Source: Octopus vulgaris (Eukaryota). From it: a DNA stretch of 64,000 bases. The position numbers and the translations under genes are program-made. Of this stretch, positions 1-12,840 are shown one piece after another; within the stretch, counting starts at the first letter, position 1; the number at the start of each line of letters is the position of its first letter. The DNA lies in the NCBI GenBank assembly GCA_951406725.2, contig OX597822.1:89590001-89654000 (forward strand). The letters run 5' to 3'. The notes under the pieces are model-generated. The model made no database searches and was not told where the DNA came from. It saw only the letters and a list, made by a program, of their open reading frames with translations.

Positions 1-1047
1 TCCAAGCATATATGCAGAAATATTTTCTTTTTTTTACTCCAGTGACTTTAGCAACTGAAGGGAGATATGTTACATATAGTGCAGACATTTCCAGGAAACC
101 AAAATGCTGCTTGACTTCATAAAATAGAATTGAGCAGCACCTCCAGCCCATCCAGAGGAATGCTGAACCAACATCTAAAATCATCACATGCCTTTCACAT
201 ACTTGATATGGTTATAACTTGGAAAGTTGTGCTTCCTGCTTGCAGCACAAAATAATTTGTTTGATTGATCATGGGGCAATGTTCCCATATCTGTAAAAAC
301 ACAACTATATCTGTCACCTAAAATATTTGATTTCATCTACGGACTAGCTTTTTTTATTCTAATTTACCTCAAGACACTGCTCCTTTTTCTAAGTTACTAC
401 TGCTTCTTAAAACTTATGTACACTTTTACACTCATACATTTTTTTTTTCCATTCATCTATATTGACTCTCTTCTTGACTGCATACTTACCATACTTCTCC
501 CAATCATTCTTCATATAATGCATCCACCTATAACATCTTATCAAGTCCTAAATATTGACAGTAATACCATCAAATAATCTTACTCTTCCAGACTGGACAG
601 GGCTATGCATAAAATTACACATTTATAACCTTTACAATATATACCCAAATAGCACTGAAGTCTACAGCATCATGCAAAAAAAAAAGTTGGCTAACTTTCA
701 TAGGAGTGATTAAAGTAAAAAACCAATGTAGTCCTGTTAAAAACTTAACTTTGATGTAGTAAAGTTATTTTAACAGATAAAACAATGTTGAATTTCAAAA
801 CTGAATGAAATAGTACTGAAGGAAAGATCTTGGATAGAAATTACTCTTCAAAAAAGCTGCTTATTTTCAAGAGAATATCACATAGGGGGGGTTACCAATG
901 GATTCAAACATTATTAAAAGGGAAACAATAAGTTGAAGAAAATTAAAATGAATTTAAATAAGCTTATGGTTCAATGGGCCATAGGTACCACAAAACTGCT
1001 TATAGCTAAAAAATACAATCTAGAAAGTTATTTAAAATGAAATTTAC

Positions 1048-1122
1048 CTCTTTGTTAAAGCAACATTACACATTGGACAAGGTACTTTTCTTTTCTTGTG
1101 AATAAATTCATTGATGCAAAAT
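1048..1122 (-). CDS. BRCA1: BRCA1 orthologue, coding exon 3 (75 nt, end of RING); gene continues beyond the window start
   Basis: tttcatag acceptor and GTAAAT donor. Translates (K)FCINEFIHKKRKVPCPMCNVALTK+AG, versus human [26 protein letters not shown]. The frame joins exon 2 (AA|A = Lys). Confidence 0.92.
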
Positions 1123-1505
1123 CTATGAAAATACAATATAAAGAAAACAATAAAGAGACAATCAAAAGAAGTAGTAGGAGTAGCAGCATCAGTATGTTAC
1201 AGAAAACTGTTTGGATTACTTTGAATCACATTCTTTAATCACATTCATCACTTTTAACTGTAGTCAGGACTCATAAAATAAAGTTTTTCTGGTGAAGTGT
1301 AAAGACACAGAATGAAAAGAAACAAGCATCTTCACCAATTATTTAAAAATAATATATCACATGAACTATCATTGGCATTTCGATTTTTTATTAAGATATA
1401 CAAAAACAAGTTGGAAATTCTTCATTAGCAAGGAAGATATCTTCAGTGAGATTTAATATACATTATTTACATTGACAGATATTTGTCCTCATCTTGTTTG
1501 TTGTT

Positions 1506-1548
1506 AACACGTTTCCGCTGATATACCCTCCAGCCTTCATCAGGTGTC
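1506..1548 (-). ncRNA. Degenerate minimal hammerhead ribozyme motif (PLE terminal repeat)
   Basis: GACAC-CTGATGA-A-GGCTG-(10 nt)-CAGCG-GAAAC-GTGTT. Core boxes and stems I/II are present, but the NUH cleavage triplet is missing in this copy. Confidence 0.6.
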
Positions 1549-1639
1549 TTGGGGAAATTTCAAACCTTGTTTCTCATTCCTAAGGTATTTTTCGATGTTG
1601 TTATTATTATCATTATTATTATTATTATTATTATTATTA

Positions 1640-1712
1640 GGTCACTGCCTGGAATCAAACTTGGAATCTTCAGGTTAGTAGCCCGTGTTCTTAACCACTA
1701 CGCCATATGCCC
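1640..1712 (-). other. tRNA-derived 73-nt segment (Pol III A/B boxes) inside the Penelope-like element
   Basis: A box TGGCGTAGTGG, anticodon arm CGGG-CTACTAA-CCTG, B-box-like GTTTGATTCC. Acceptor and T stems are imperfect, so this is not a functional tRNA. A homologous copy lies at ~36205-36280. Confidence 0.7.
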
Positions 1713-2425
1713 ATGAGCAATTATGGAGTGAATTTTAGGGCTTATAAATCTAATAGTCTCCTATCCTTCCTTAGTACCGGTTCCCATATGCTGTTCATAT
1801 CTGCACTTGGTCTGCTTAGGAGGTTGTTGTGTCCTAGCATATGTGCTCTCTGTCTATTATTTTAACTTCATCCCACAGGGGGACGTGGTCTCCATTTTAC
1901 CATACATGATCAGCTATACCCAATTTATCAATATCTCCCCCCCCGCCCGTGTCACAGCTTTGTGATGTTCCTCTACCCTTATTTTGAGGGGGCAGCATGC
2001 TTCACCTTTGTATAACCTACCACAGCTGCATGGGATGGAGTACACACAGTCTTTGGTCATATTCTCTTCTACTGGTGGTTTTACTTGAAGGAGATATTTG
2101 CGAAGTGTTGTATTATTTTTGAATACTGTCCTGATGTCATATGGGCCACATATCTTTTGTATCTTTTCAGAGAGGCCTTTCACATAGGGTAGACAGAAGG
2201 TTCATCCTCTCTTTTCTTCATAATTGGAGTGGAGAATGTGCTTTTGGGGTAATTGTTGCTTAATAGATTGTTAGTGAGCTTGATCATTTCTTCGTGGTGG
2301 GTTAGGCACTGAGCAATCCCTCTCTTTACACTGTATGGATGGTGGGAGTTGAAGCTGAGGTAACGTCCAGTATACTGACATCTTGCGGTATACGAATGTC
2401 CTGAATCCATACTTGGTGCGTGTTA

Positions 2426-4103
2426 TCTCTTATTATAAAAGGCAGATTTTATCTGCCTCCCTTTGTAACTTATAGAAATCTACAATATAGGATTTCTTCA
2501 ATTACAATTTACCTAGCATTTTTAAGAGTAGAATGCATCGGGTCATGCCAGGTCCAGTTTTTAAAATTTAAACTCCAATTAAGCAAAATTTACAGAAAAC
2601 TCACATTCTGGTGTGTATGTCAAATGCTTTTCTTAATGTGGTTTACACCACACGCACACGCACACACACAGTGTGCAACAAATAAAATGAAAGTAAATAG
2701 CGACAGAGTGATTTGAGGAAGACTAAACTGAAAGTATTTAAACCACTACTCAAAAAATAAAAAAACACAGCAAACAGAAACAAATAAATACATAACGATT
2801 TACTCCTCACACAATTTCTTCAATTAGAGTTTACCTAAGATTTTTCAAAGTACTCCATTCGGTCATGCCATAATATATTTCTTTCAATTTCACCCCCAAT
2901 TAAGACAAAATTCGAGAAAACTCAATATTTTAACATTTCACTCCGAAAGCATTGATGTACATGTGTGCGTGCGTGAGTGTGTGTGTGTGTGTGTGTGTGT
3001 TTGATGGGTTGTGCGACACAGAAAGTGTGGTGTGTAAGTGAAGTGCTTTTGTTAGTGTGTGTAAAGAGACAGACAGAGTGAAAGACAGAAATAACTGAAC
3101 TTTTTTTATTCACTTTTTGTAGTGAGTGACTGAGAGAGAAAAGAGAGAGAGAGAGAGGGGTTATGTATGTATATATGTATGTATGGCTTCAGTGACACAC
3201 ACACACAAAAACACATACCTACGTACACCTAAAGCACGCACACACACACACACACACACAAGCGGAGCGCGAACTTCAAAATTTTGGTAGTATTAATTTG
3301 CGAGCGTACTTCTAAGCGCGCGTAATTGAAAGTTTTCACTATGATATCATCACGTGCGAAAAAATTCGAAGGGTTTTGAACAATTGAGATACAGATGTCA
3401 CGCCTGTATTGAAACCATTGCTAAGCTGCCGTAATTACTTAATTAAGACTTTGTTTAAATTGAAAGGGGCAAATATATGACGAGGTTGAAAAAAAATACC
3501 CCAGAAAAAAAAATGTACTGCTGGTATTTATATAATTCACTACTATTTTGCTACAATGTCAGGAAAAAGAAAAAATTTAGGTATGTAAATCGAATTCGCC
3601 ACCCCCTTTTCCCCGTTCGCGTTTGTGTAAAAAAAAATTATTATTTAAGTTTTAAAAATTATTTACTTTGTTCAAAAAATATTAATATTAATTAATTTTC
3701 AAGAATTATTTAATTTTATTCTGTAAAATAGTAATTAATTCATTTATCTGTAAATCCACGAGGTTGTTACTCAGGCACCTAGAATGGTAACCTTCAACTA
3801 ACACTATCTCCTCCGAGACCCTGCGGTGCAAGTTGACCAAAATTGAGAGTATGGTAGAAGAAGGGTTGCTCTTCCTTCTGTAGAACATAAAATTCAAATC
3901 GGACCATGTTAACACCAAAAATTATTTACATCAAAAAGATGCTTTTTTCTATGAAAATCCCTATTTTTTATGATTTTTTCACTGCTGTGTCGCCACTTTT
4001 CGGTGTATTTCGACCAGAAAAATGTTCACAAAATTTTTACTTTTCAAAATTACAATTCCAGCGGGTCGAAACAAACCCGAGCAACGCCGGGCGATACTGC
4101 TAG
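2426..4103 (+). mobile_element. Non-autonomous Helitron inserted into the Penelope-like element
   Basis: Starts A|TC and ends CTAG|T with no TSD. Subterminal hairpin CCCGAGCAACGCCGGG lies about 8 nt before CTAG. The 5' ~250 bp and 3' ~30 bp are shared with the copy at 4760. Confidence 0.85.
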
Positions 4104-4220
4104 TTATGTATATGTGTTTGTACATATGTATATGTGTATGTATATATGCATATGTGTATATATATGTGTGTGTGTGTGTGTGTGTATGTATGTGTATATA
4201 TATATATGTATATGTGTATG

Positions 4221-4260
<40 letters not shown>

Positions 4261-4520
4261 AGAGGTATTAGTATCCAGAGGAGCAAAGGTGGCAGTTGAA
4301 GTTGAGGTATCATTCAGTATATGGATGTCCTGAATTCATACTTGGTGCATGTTATTATTACGTCCAGGAATGCTAGCTGATTGTCATTTTCTTTTTTCAT
4401 TGTGAACTGTATGGATGGTTTTATTGAGTTCACATGATCTAACAGCACTTGGACATCTTCCTGGTGGGGCCAGAGTATGAAGGTGACAACAATATATCAC
4501 AGCCATAGAGTTGGTTTTAG

Positions 4521-4634
4521 TGGAGCTTTAGGTGTTTTCGCTCAATAAACACTCACAACACCCGGTCTGGGAATCGAAACCACGATATTACGACTGTGAG
4601 TCCGCTGCCCTAAGAACTGGGACATTGCGCCTCC
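4521..4634 (-). mobile_element. tRNA-derived SINE, head fragment (same family as 6397)
   Basis: Reverse complement matches 6397-6510, including the B box GTTTCGATTCC. Confidence 0.8.
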
Positions 4635-4759
4635 ACATATATGTACATATATATACACAAATATACGTATATAAACATATATATTTACAGAGATATACAT
4701 ATATATACATATATATAGAAATACATATACATATATATACATATATATATAAATACATA

Positions 4760-5963
4760 TCTCTTATTATAAAAGGCAGATTTTATCTGCCTCCCTTTGT
4801 CACTTATAGAAATCTACAATATAGGATTTCTTCAATTACAATTTACCTAGCATTTTTAAGAGTAGAATGCATCGGGTCATGCCAGGTCCAGTTTTTAAAA
4901 TTTAAACTCCAATTAAGCAAAATTTACAGAAAACTCACATTCTGGTGTGTATGTCAAATGCTTTTCTTAGTCTGATTTACAGCACACGCAAACGCACACA
5001 CACAGTGTGCAACGAATAAAGTGAAACTAGATGTAATATTTGTTTCTGTCTATCACGCTGATAGATACATGAGTAAAATGTATGGCAAGCTAAGAGATAA
5101 GAGTGAGTGAAAATGTTCTTGGAAGAGAGTAAATAGCGACAGAGTGATTTGAGGAAGACTAAACTGAAAGTATGAAACAGTGTTTATGTATAAACAGACG
5201 ACACTTATATATAGTTATTAATAAATGTATGCATCCGTTTAACCCTTTCGTTACCAAACTGCCCGAATTTACCTATTCATATTTAAATGAGAATATCAGA
5301 GTAAATCTCTTTAGTACATTCGTGAAAACACGTATTATACTTCGTAAACACTTCAAATACAGTTTTGTACAAAAATCGAAGTGTAATTTTAATTCCGTGA
5401 ATTATGGGAGATTTTTTTTCGAAATTTGTTCCTATTCTGTTTTTAAAATTTGTAATTCTGACAAAAAATGGATACGAATTTCATTATATCAAGCAGCGAG
5501 TCAGAATTCGAAGGATTTTCTACTGAAGACCTTCATAAATCTAACTCTATGACTGAAAAAAAAAAGCATCTTTATATAAGAGTGAAGTTGTGTGTCTGTC
5601 TCCTACGATTTAGATTCGTAACTACTCCCACATTTTGCGGTGCAGTTTAACCAAAAGCGGGTATCTTATAGTCGTGATTCATATCGAGCTTTTCTGGGTA
5701 TTAGCGCGCGTCTATGATGAGTCTACGATTTTAAAAAAATTTACCATCATATTTTTCCATTTTAATGCATTTTTTTCGCTTTTATATAGGGGAAGTAACT
5801 CTCTAAAAATATCTACGATGTGTCAACGATTTAAAAAAAAATTTACCTTAATATTTTTTCAATTTTTAATGCATTTTTTTGCTATTTTTTGGCTATAACT
5901 CTCTAAAAATGCTTATATAGTTATTTCCCTTACAACCCGAGCAACGCCGGGCGATACTGCTAG
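4760..5963 (+). mobile_element. Composite non-autonomous Helitron
   Basis: A|TC start nearly identical to 2426, with the same hairpin and CTAG|T end. The interior differs: a piggyBac-like left end at 5243 and a second A|TC Helitron-type start at 5569. Confidence 0.8.
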
Positions 5964-6334
5964 TATATATAAATACATATATATAAATACATATACAGAT
6001 ATATATATACATATATATAAATACATATACACATAACCCATGCTAGCATGGAAAGCGGACGTTAAACGATGATGATATATACATATATATAAATACATAT
6101 ACATATATATATAAATACATATATATATAGACATATATACATATATATACATGTATATACACATATATATTATTACATATATATATATACACACACATAT
6201 ATATATACATATATATAAATACATATACATATATATATACATATATATAAATACATATACATATATATATAAATACATATATATATAGACATATATACAT
6301 ATATATACATGTATATACACATATACATTATTAC

Positions 6335-6367
<33 letters not shown>

Positions 6368-6390
6368 TATATATATACATATATATATAC
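5964..6390. repeat. (TA/CA) compound microsatellite with a ~160-bp higher-order duplication and a 40-bp RTE 3' tip at ~6037-6076
   Basis: Variant motifs (tagac, catgtatatacac, tattac) recur twice in the same order. cccatgctagcatggaaagcggacgttaaacgatgatgat is the RTE terminus. Confidence 0.85.
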
Positions 6391-6396
6391 ATTTAC

Positions 6397-6688
6397 GGAG
6401 GCGCAATGGCCTAGTGGTTAGGGCAGCGGACTCGCGGTCATAGGATCGTGGTTTCGATTCCCAGACCGGGCGTTATGAGTGTTTATTGAGCGAAAACACC
6501 TAAAAGCTCCACAATGCTCCGGCAGGGGGTGGTGATCTCTGCTGTACTCTTTCACCACTCTTTCTCTCACTCTTCTGCTGGCCTGCTCGCTTAGCCAGCG
6601 GGGTGGTGTCATTCGAAGGCTAAAACAATGTGAACGCATTGTGACCAGCGATGTGTAAAACATCTGATGGTCTGGTCGGTCACGTGAT
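6397..6688 (+). mobile_element. tRNA-derived SINE, apparently full length
   Basis: A box TGGCCTAGTGG and B box GTTTCGATTCC, followed by a ~200-nt body. CpGs are retained (young copy). Embedded in TA microsatellite. Confidence 0.85.
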
Positions 6689-8493
<1,805 letters not shown>

Positions 8494-9955
8494 CTAGATA
8501 AACCAAAGTACTAATAAGTAGAAAGGTAGAAAACCCACAAATATCCTCAGGAAGATGGCCCTGCTCGATCTGTAGAAAAGGTGTAGGTAGAAACTCTATA
8601 AGATGTACCCAGTGTAAGCTATGGACACATAAGAGGTGCAGCAATGTCAAAGGTAGGCTAACTGGGAAGATAGTTTTTGTATGTGGCAGGTGCTCTGGAG
8701 CATTGACCTCCGAAAATCTGCAGAAAACAACTTCTGTCACTTTCCGGGGGAAAAACTAGAAGTAGTTGATAGCTTCCGCTATCTAGGTGACCAAGTCAGT
8801 AGTGGGGGTGGGTGCGCTGAAAGTGTAACTGCTAGAATAAGAATAGCCTGGGCAAAGTTTAGGGAGCTCTTACCTCTGCTGGTGACTAAAGGCCTCTCGC
8901 TCAGAGTAAAAGGCAGACTGTATGATGCATGTGTACGAACAGCTATGCTACATGGCAGTGAAACATGGGCCGTGACTGCTGAGGACATGCGTAAGCTCGT
9001 GAGGAACGAAGCCAGTATGCTCCGATGGATGTGTAATGTCAGTGTACTTACTCGACAGAGCGTTAGTACCTTGAGAGAAATGTTGTACCTAAGAAGCATC
9101 AGTTGTTGTGTGCAAGAGAGACGATTGCGCTGGTATGGTCATGTGGCGAGAATGGATGAAGATAGGTGTGTGAGAAAGTGCCAATCCCTAGCAGTTGAGG
9201 GAACCCGTGGAAGAGGTAGACCCAGGAAAACCTGGGACGAGGTGGTGAAGCACGACCTTCGGACGTTAGGTCTCACCATGGAAATGACTAGAGACCGAGA
9301 CCTATGGAAGTATGCTGTGCGTGAGAAGACCCGGCAAGACTAGTGAAGCCATAATCCGTGGCCCCTACCTGGGACGTAGTCAGTCCACCTGTGCATACCT
9401 TCCTTCTTGTGACACTTGTGAAGACCTGTTGAGGCAAGTGAGAATCAAATCGAACCAAATCAAAATAGATGAACATCAATGGAATTTGTATCCTTGTGGT
9501 ACCAGTGCCGGTGGCACATAAGAAAACCATCCGAACGTGACCGTAGCCAGTACCGCAATGACTGGCCTCCGTGCTGAGGGCACGTAACAAACACCATCCG
9601 AGCGTGGCCGTCCGCCAGCCTCGTCTGGCACCTGTGTCGGTGACACATAAGAAAACACCATCCGAGCGTGGCCGTCTGCCAGCCTCGTCTGGCACCTGTG
9701 TCGGTGGCACATAAAAAACACCATCCGAGCGTGGCCGTCTGCCAGCCTCGTCTGGCACCTGTGTCGGTGGCACATAAAATCACCCACTACACTCTCGGAG
9801 TGGTTGGCGTTAGGAAGGGCATCCAGCTGTAGAAACACTGCCACATCTGACTGGCCTGGTGCAGCCTTCGGGCTTCCCAGACCCCAGTTGAACCGTCCAA
9901 CCCATGCTAGCATGGAAAGCGGACGTTAAACGATGATGATGATGATGATGATGAT
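8494..9955 (+). mobile_element. 5'-truncated RTE-clade LINE (PHD finger, RT C-terminus, 3' UTR array, (GAT)n tail)
   Basis: EVVDSFRYLG, LYDACVRTAMLHGSETW, RRLRWYGHVARM and RGRGRPRKTW motifs are typical of RTE ORF2. One frameshift. Ends in (GAT)8. Confidence 0.95.
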
Positions 9956-10268
9956 ACATATATATACATATATATATATACATACATATATATATATATA
10001 CATACATATACATATATACATATACATATATATATATACATACACATATATATACATACATATATATATATACATACATATATATATATACATACATATA
10101 TATATATACATACATATATATATATACATACATATATATATACATACATATATATATATACATACATATATATATATACATACATATATATATATACATA
10201 CATATATATATATACATATATATATATACATACATATATATATATACATATATATATATACATACATA

Positions 10269-10309
<41 letters not shown>

Positions 10310-10315
10310 ACATAC

Positions 10316-10349
<34 letters not shown>

Positions 10350-10361
10350 ATATACATATAT

Positions 10362-10395
<34 letters not shown>
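9956..10395. repeat. (TACA)(TA)n compound microsatellite
   Basis: Directly visible; the unit is about 18 bp in the middle. Confidence 0.95.
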
Positions 10396-10548
10396 GTTGT
10401 TTGTCTTGTTTTCCATTTGTGTCTTTCATTGTTCGAAAAAATAGTTCATATTCCTTATACTTGTACTTTGTATTTTTTTGTTGTACACGTTTCATGATAT
10501 CCTGTGCCCACATATGCATATATGTATAGATGTATGTACATAAACGTA

Positions 10549-10598
<50 letters not shown>

Positions 10599-11210
10599 TA
10601 AATTAGAGATAAAACCACTATTAGGCAAATCAAACAGTGAAAATCATAAGCCAATACATAGAAATAAAATTAATTAAAAAATATATAAAAAATATAAAAT
10701 ATAAAAATCCAATTAAAATATTTAAATTAAAGTTAAAATTTTAAAAATTATTTAAATTAATAATTTAAACTTATAAATTATAAATATATATATTTTTTAT
10801 TATTATTTTATTTAATTATTTATTTTTTTTTATTTTGATTAAATTTTTTTTTTATATTTTATTATTCATTTATTTTTTTTTAATAAACTATCAAAAAGTA
10901 TTAAAAGTTTAATAAGATTATATGATTGAATGCTATGCATCCTCTTCCAAGTAAGTTTTATCTTAATAATTCTGATGTGCACTCTATATGATCTTTTTAC
11001 TCTTTCGTTTTTCTTTCTTTCTCTCTCTTATTCTTTTACTTCCTCTTCTCCCACTATTCTTGCCTATTACTGTCACTCCTCCTTCCTCGCTCACATGGTA
11101 TAAGTATGTACATATACATATGTATAAATGTATATATACATTACTTATATTATTATATGATTGAACGCCACGCATCTTCTTCCAAGTAAGTTTTATACAT
11201 ACATATATAT

Positions 11211-11620
11211 ATCATCATCATCATTGTTTAACGTCTGTTTTCCATGCTAGCATGGGTTGGACAGTTCGACCGGGGTCTGGGAAGCCAGAAGGCTGCACCA
11301 AGCTCTAGTCTGATCTGGCAGTGTTTCTACAGCTGGATGCCCTTCCTAAAGCCAACCACTCCATGAGTGTAGTGGATGCTTTTTACATGCCACCGGCACA
11401 GGTGTCAGGGGAGGCTGGCAACATCCACGATTGGTTTGTGCTTTTTAAGTGCCACAAGCACGGAAGCCAGTCAAAGCGGCGCTGGCATTGGCCACGTTCG
11501 GATGGTGCTTTTTACATGCCACCAGCACAGGTATCACAACTACAATTTCCATTTGATTTTTGATGTTGATGTTGATGTACTTGACGCAATAGGTCTCCTC
11601 AAGCACAGCAGGTCACTCCA
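11211..11620 (-). mobile_element. RTE LINE 3' UTR fragment
   Basis: Reverse complement of the 9450-9955 terminus with an (ATC)n tail, flanked by TA repeats. Confidence 0.9.
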
Positions 11621-11654
<34 letters not shown>

Positions 11655-11745
11655 CAAGGATACAGCAAAATAAATTCTTTATTAAAGATATATTCAGATT
11701 TTATATGAGTGTCAAGAAATGATCATTAAAAGGCATAATACTTAC

Positions 11746-11799
11746 TTGCAGAAGTGGTGATAACATGTTGTAGAAACTGGGTTGGTCATTAAATCCAAA
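11746..11799 (-). CDS. BRCA1: BRCA1 orthologue, coding exon 2 (54 nt, RING C-x-H-x2-C)
   Basis: ttttag acceptor and GTAAGT donor. Translates (C)LDLMTNPVSTTCYHHFC(K), versus the human 54-nt exon LELIKEPVSTKCDHIFCK. Same length, phases 2/2. Confidence 0.93.
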
Positions 11800-11974
11800 C
11801 TAAAATCAAAACAAAAACAACAGCAATGAGCCTTTAAATGAGAGACTTAGATTAAATGAGAAAACTTTGTTTTTTTAATGCATAGATATACATTACATTT
11901 AAATGAAGGACATCATCATAAAAAGAGAACTGATAGTATTAAGGTTCTCTTTAAGCAAACATCTTACTACACAG

Positions 11975-12270
11975 TGCAGGTGTGACTGTATGTTAAGAAG
12001 TTTGCTGCACAACCACAGGGTTCTGGGTTCAGTTCCAATCTGTGGCACCTTGGGCAAGTGTCTTCTAGTATTGCCTCAGACCAACCAAAGCCTTGTGAGT
12101 GGATTTGGTAGATGGAAACTGAAAGAAACTGATAAGAGAGATAGTGTGTGTGTGTGTGAGAGAGAGTGAAAGAGAGAATATGTATGTGTGCATGCTTGTG
12201 TGTGTGAATGTATGTTACTGTCTCTGACATCATGTAATAGTTGTAAGCAATAGCAATAAATTTGAGAAAA
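11975..12270 (+). mobile_element. Degenerate SINE (family of 26463); another fragment on the minus strand at ~12600-12740
   Basis: Shares ccttgggcaagtgtcttcta...gccttgtgagtggatttggtagatggaaactgaaagaa with the 26463 copy. Confidence 0.75.
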
Positions 12271-12840
12271 AAATGCTCCTTTATCCATATATATATATAT
12301 AAATTAATGAAAAATCAGTGCATATTATACATGACTGATGTTCTGTAGACAGTGTGACAAAATTATGTACACAATGTATCATCATCATCATCATTGTTTT
12401 AACATTCATTTTTCTATGCTTGCATAGGTCAGATGAAATTAAATCAGAGATATTTTCTAGAACTGGACATCCTACCAGCACCAAATCTCACCTGTTTCCA
12501 AGGTAATTCCTCTAGTTCCTCAAACATGAACATCACAATGGACGTTCATGATTTCACAGAAGATTGCAAACAAATTTGTTTATGAGACAAGGGGACATGA
12601 ACACACACATACATCACGTTTCTTTCAGTTTCAATCAAACAAGTCCACTCACAAGGCTTTGGTCAGCATGCCCAAGGTGTCATGTTGTGAGACTGAACAT
12701 AAGCAACATTCTTAACCACACCACTATGGCTGCACCTAAGAGTAAGTTCCAATGCCAGGGATTAAACCCAGGCCACCTTGGTGAGAGTCAGGAATCCTAA
12801 GTATTTATTAATAACATTATTTTGATAACTAACATTTTAT

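Larger units (their letters stand above)
1460..2425 (-). mobile_element. Penelope-like retroelement 3' part (RT thumb, GIY-YIG endonuclease, terminal repeat), degenerate
   Basis: ORFs 2180-2410 (TGRYLSFNSHHPYSVKRGI, LSNNYP) and 1914-2183 (CVYSIPCSCGRLYKGE...RVEEH) are typical PLE thumb and GIY-YIG motifs, frameshifted. A tRNA-like segment and a hammerhead-like core follow. A related fragment lies at ~4285-4470. Confidence 0.85.

Noticed and set aside
1-292. Possible next BRCA1 exon after minus-strand acceptors near 291 and 175
   Set aside because: The required phase-2 frames hit stops quickly and do not resemble the BRCA1 post-RING helix. The next exon is probably outside the window.
1640-1712. 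tRNA gene (ACT anticodon); likewise the tRNA-like heads at 6397 and 26463
   Set aside because: Acceptor and T stems do not pair properly, and each continues into a repeat body. These are TE-borne tRNA derivatives.
2420-4975. Duplicated 'gene' with the shared peptide SLIIKGRFYLPPFVTYRNLQ
   Set aside because: This is the shared 5' end of two non-autonomous Helitrons; it has no Rep/helicase motifs or splice structure.
9505-9785. CRISPR-like pattern of a ~25-nt palindromic repeat with ~40-nt spacers (also ~19095-19290)
   Set aside because: The spacers are homologous to each other, the array is part of an RTE 3' UTR in a eukaryote, and there are no cas genes.
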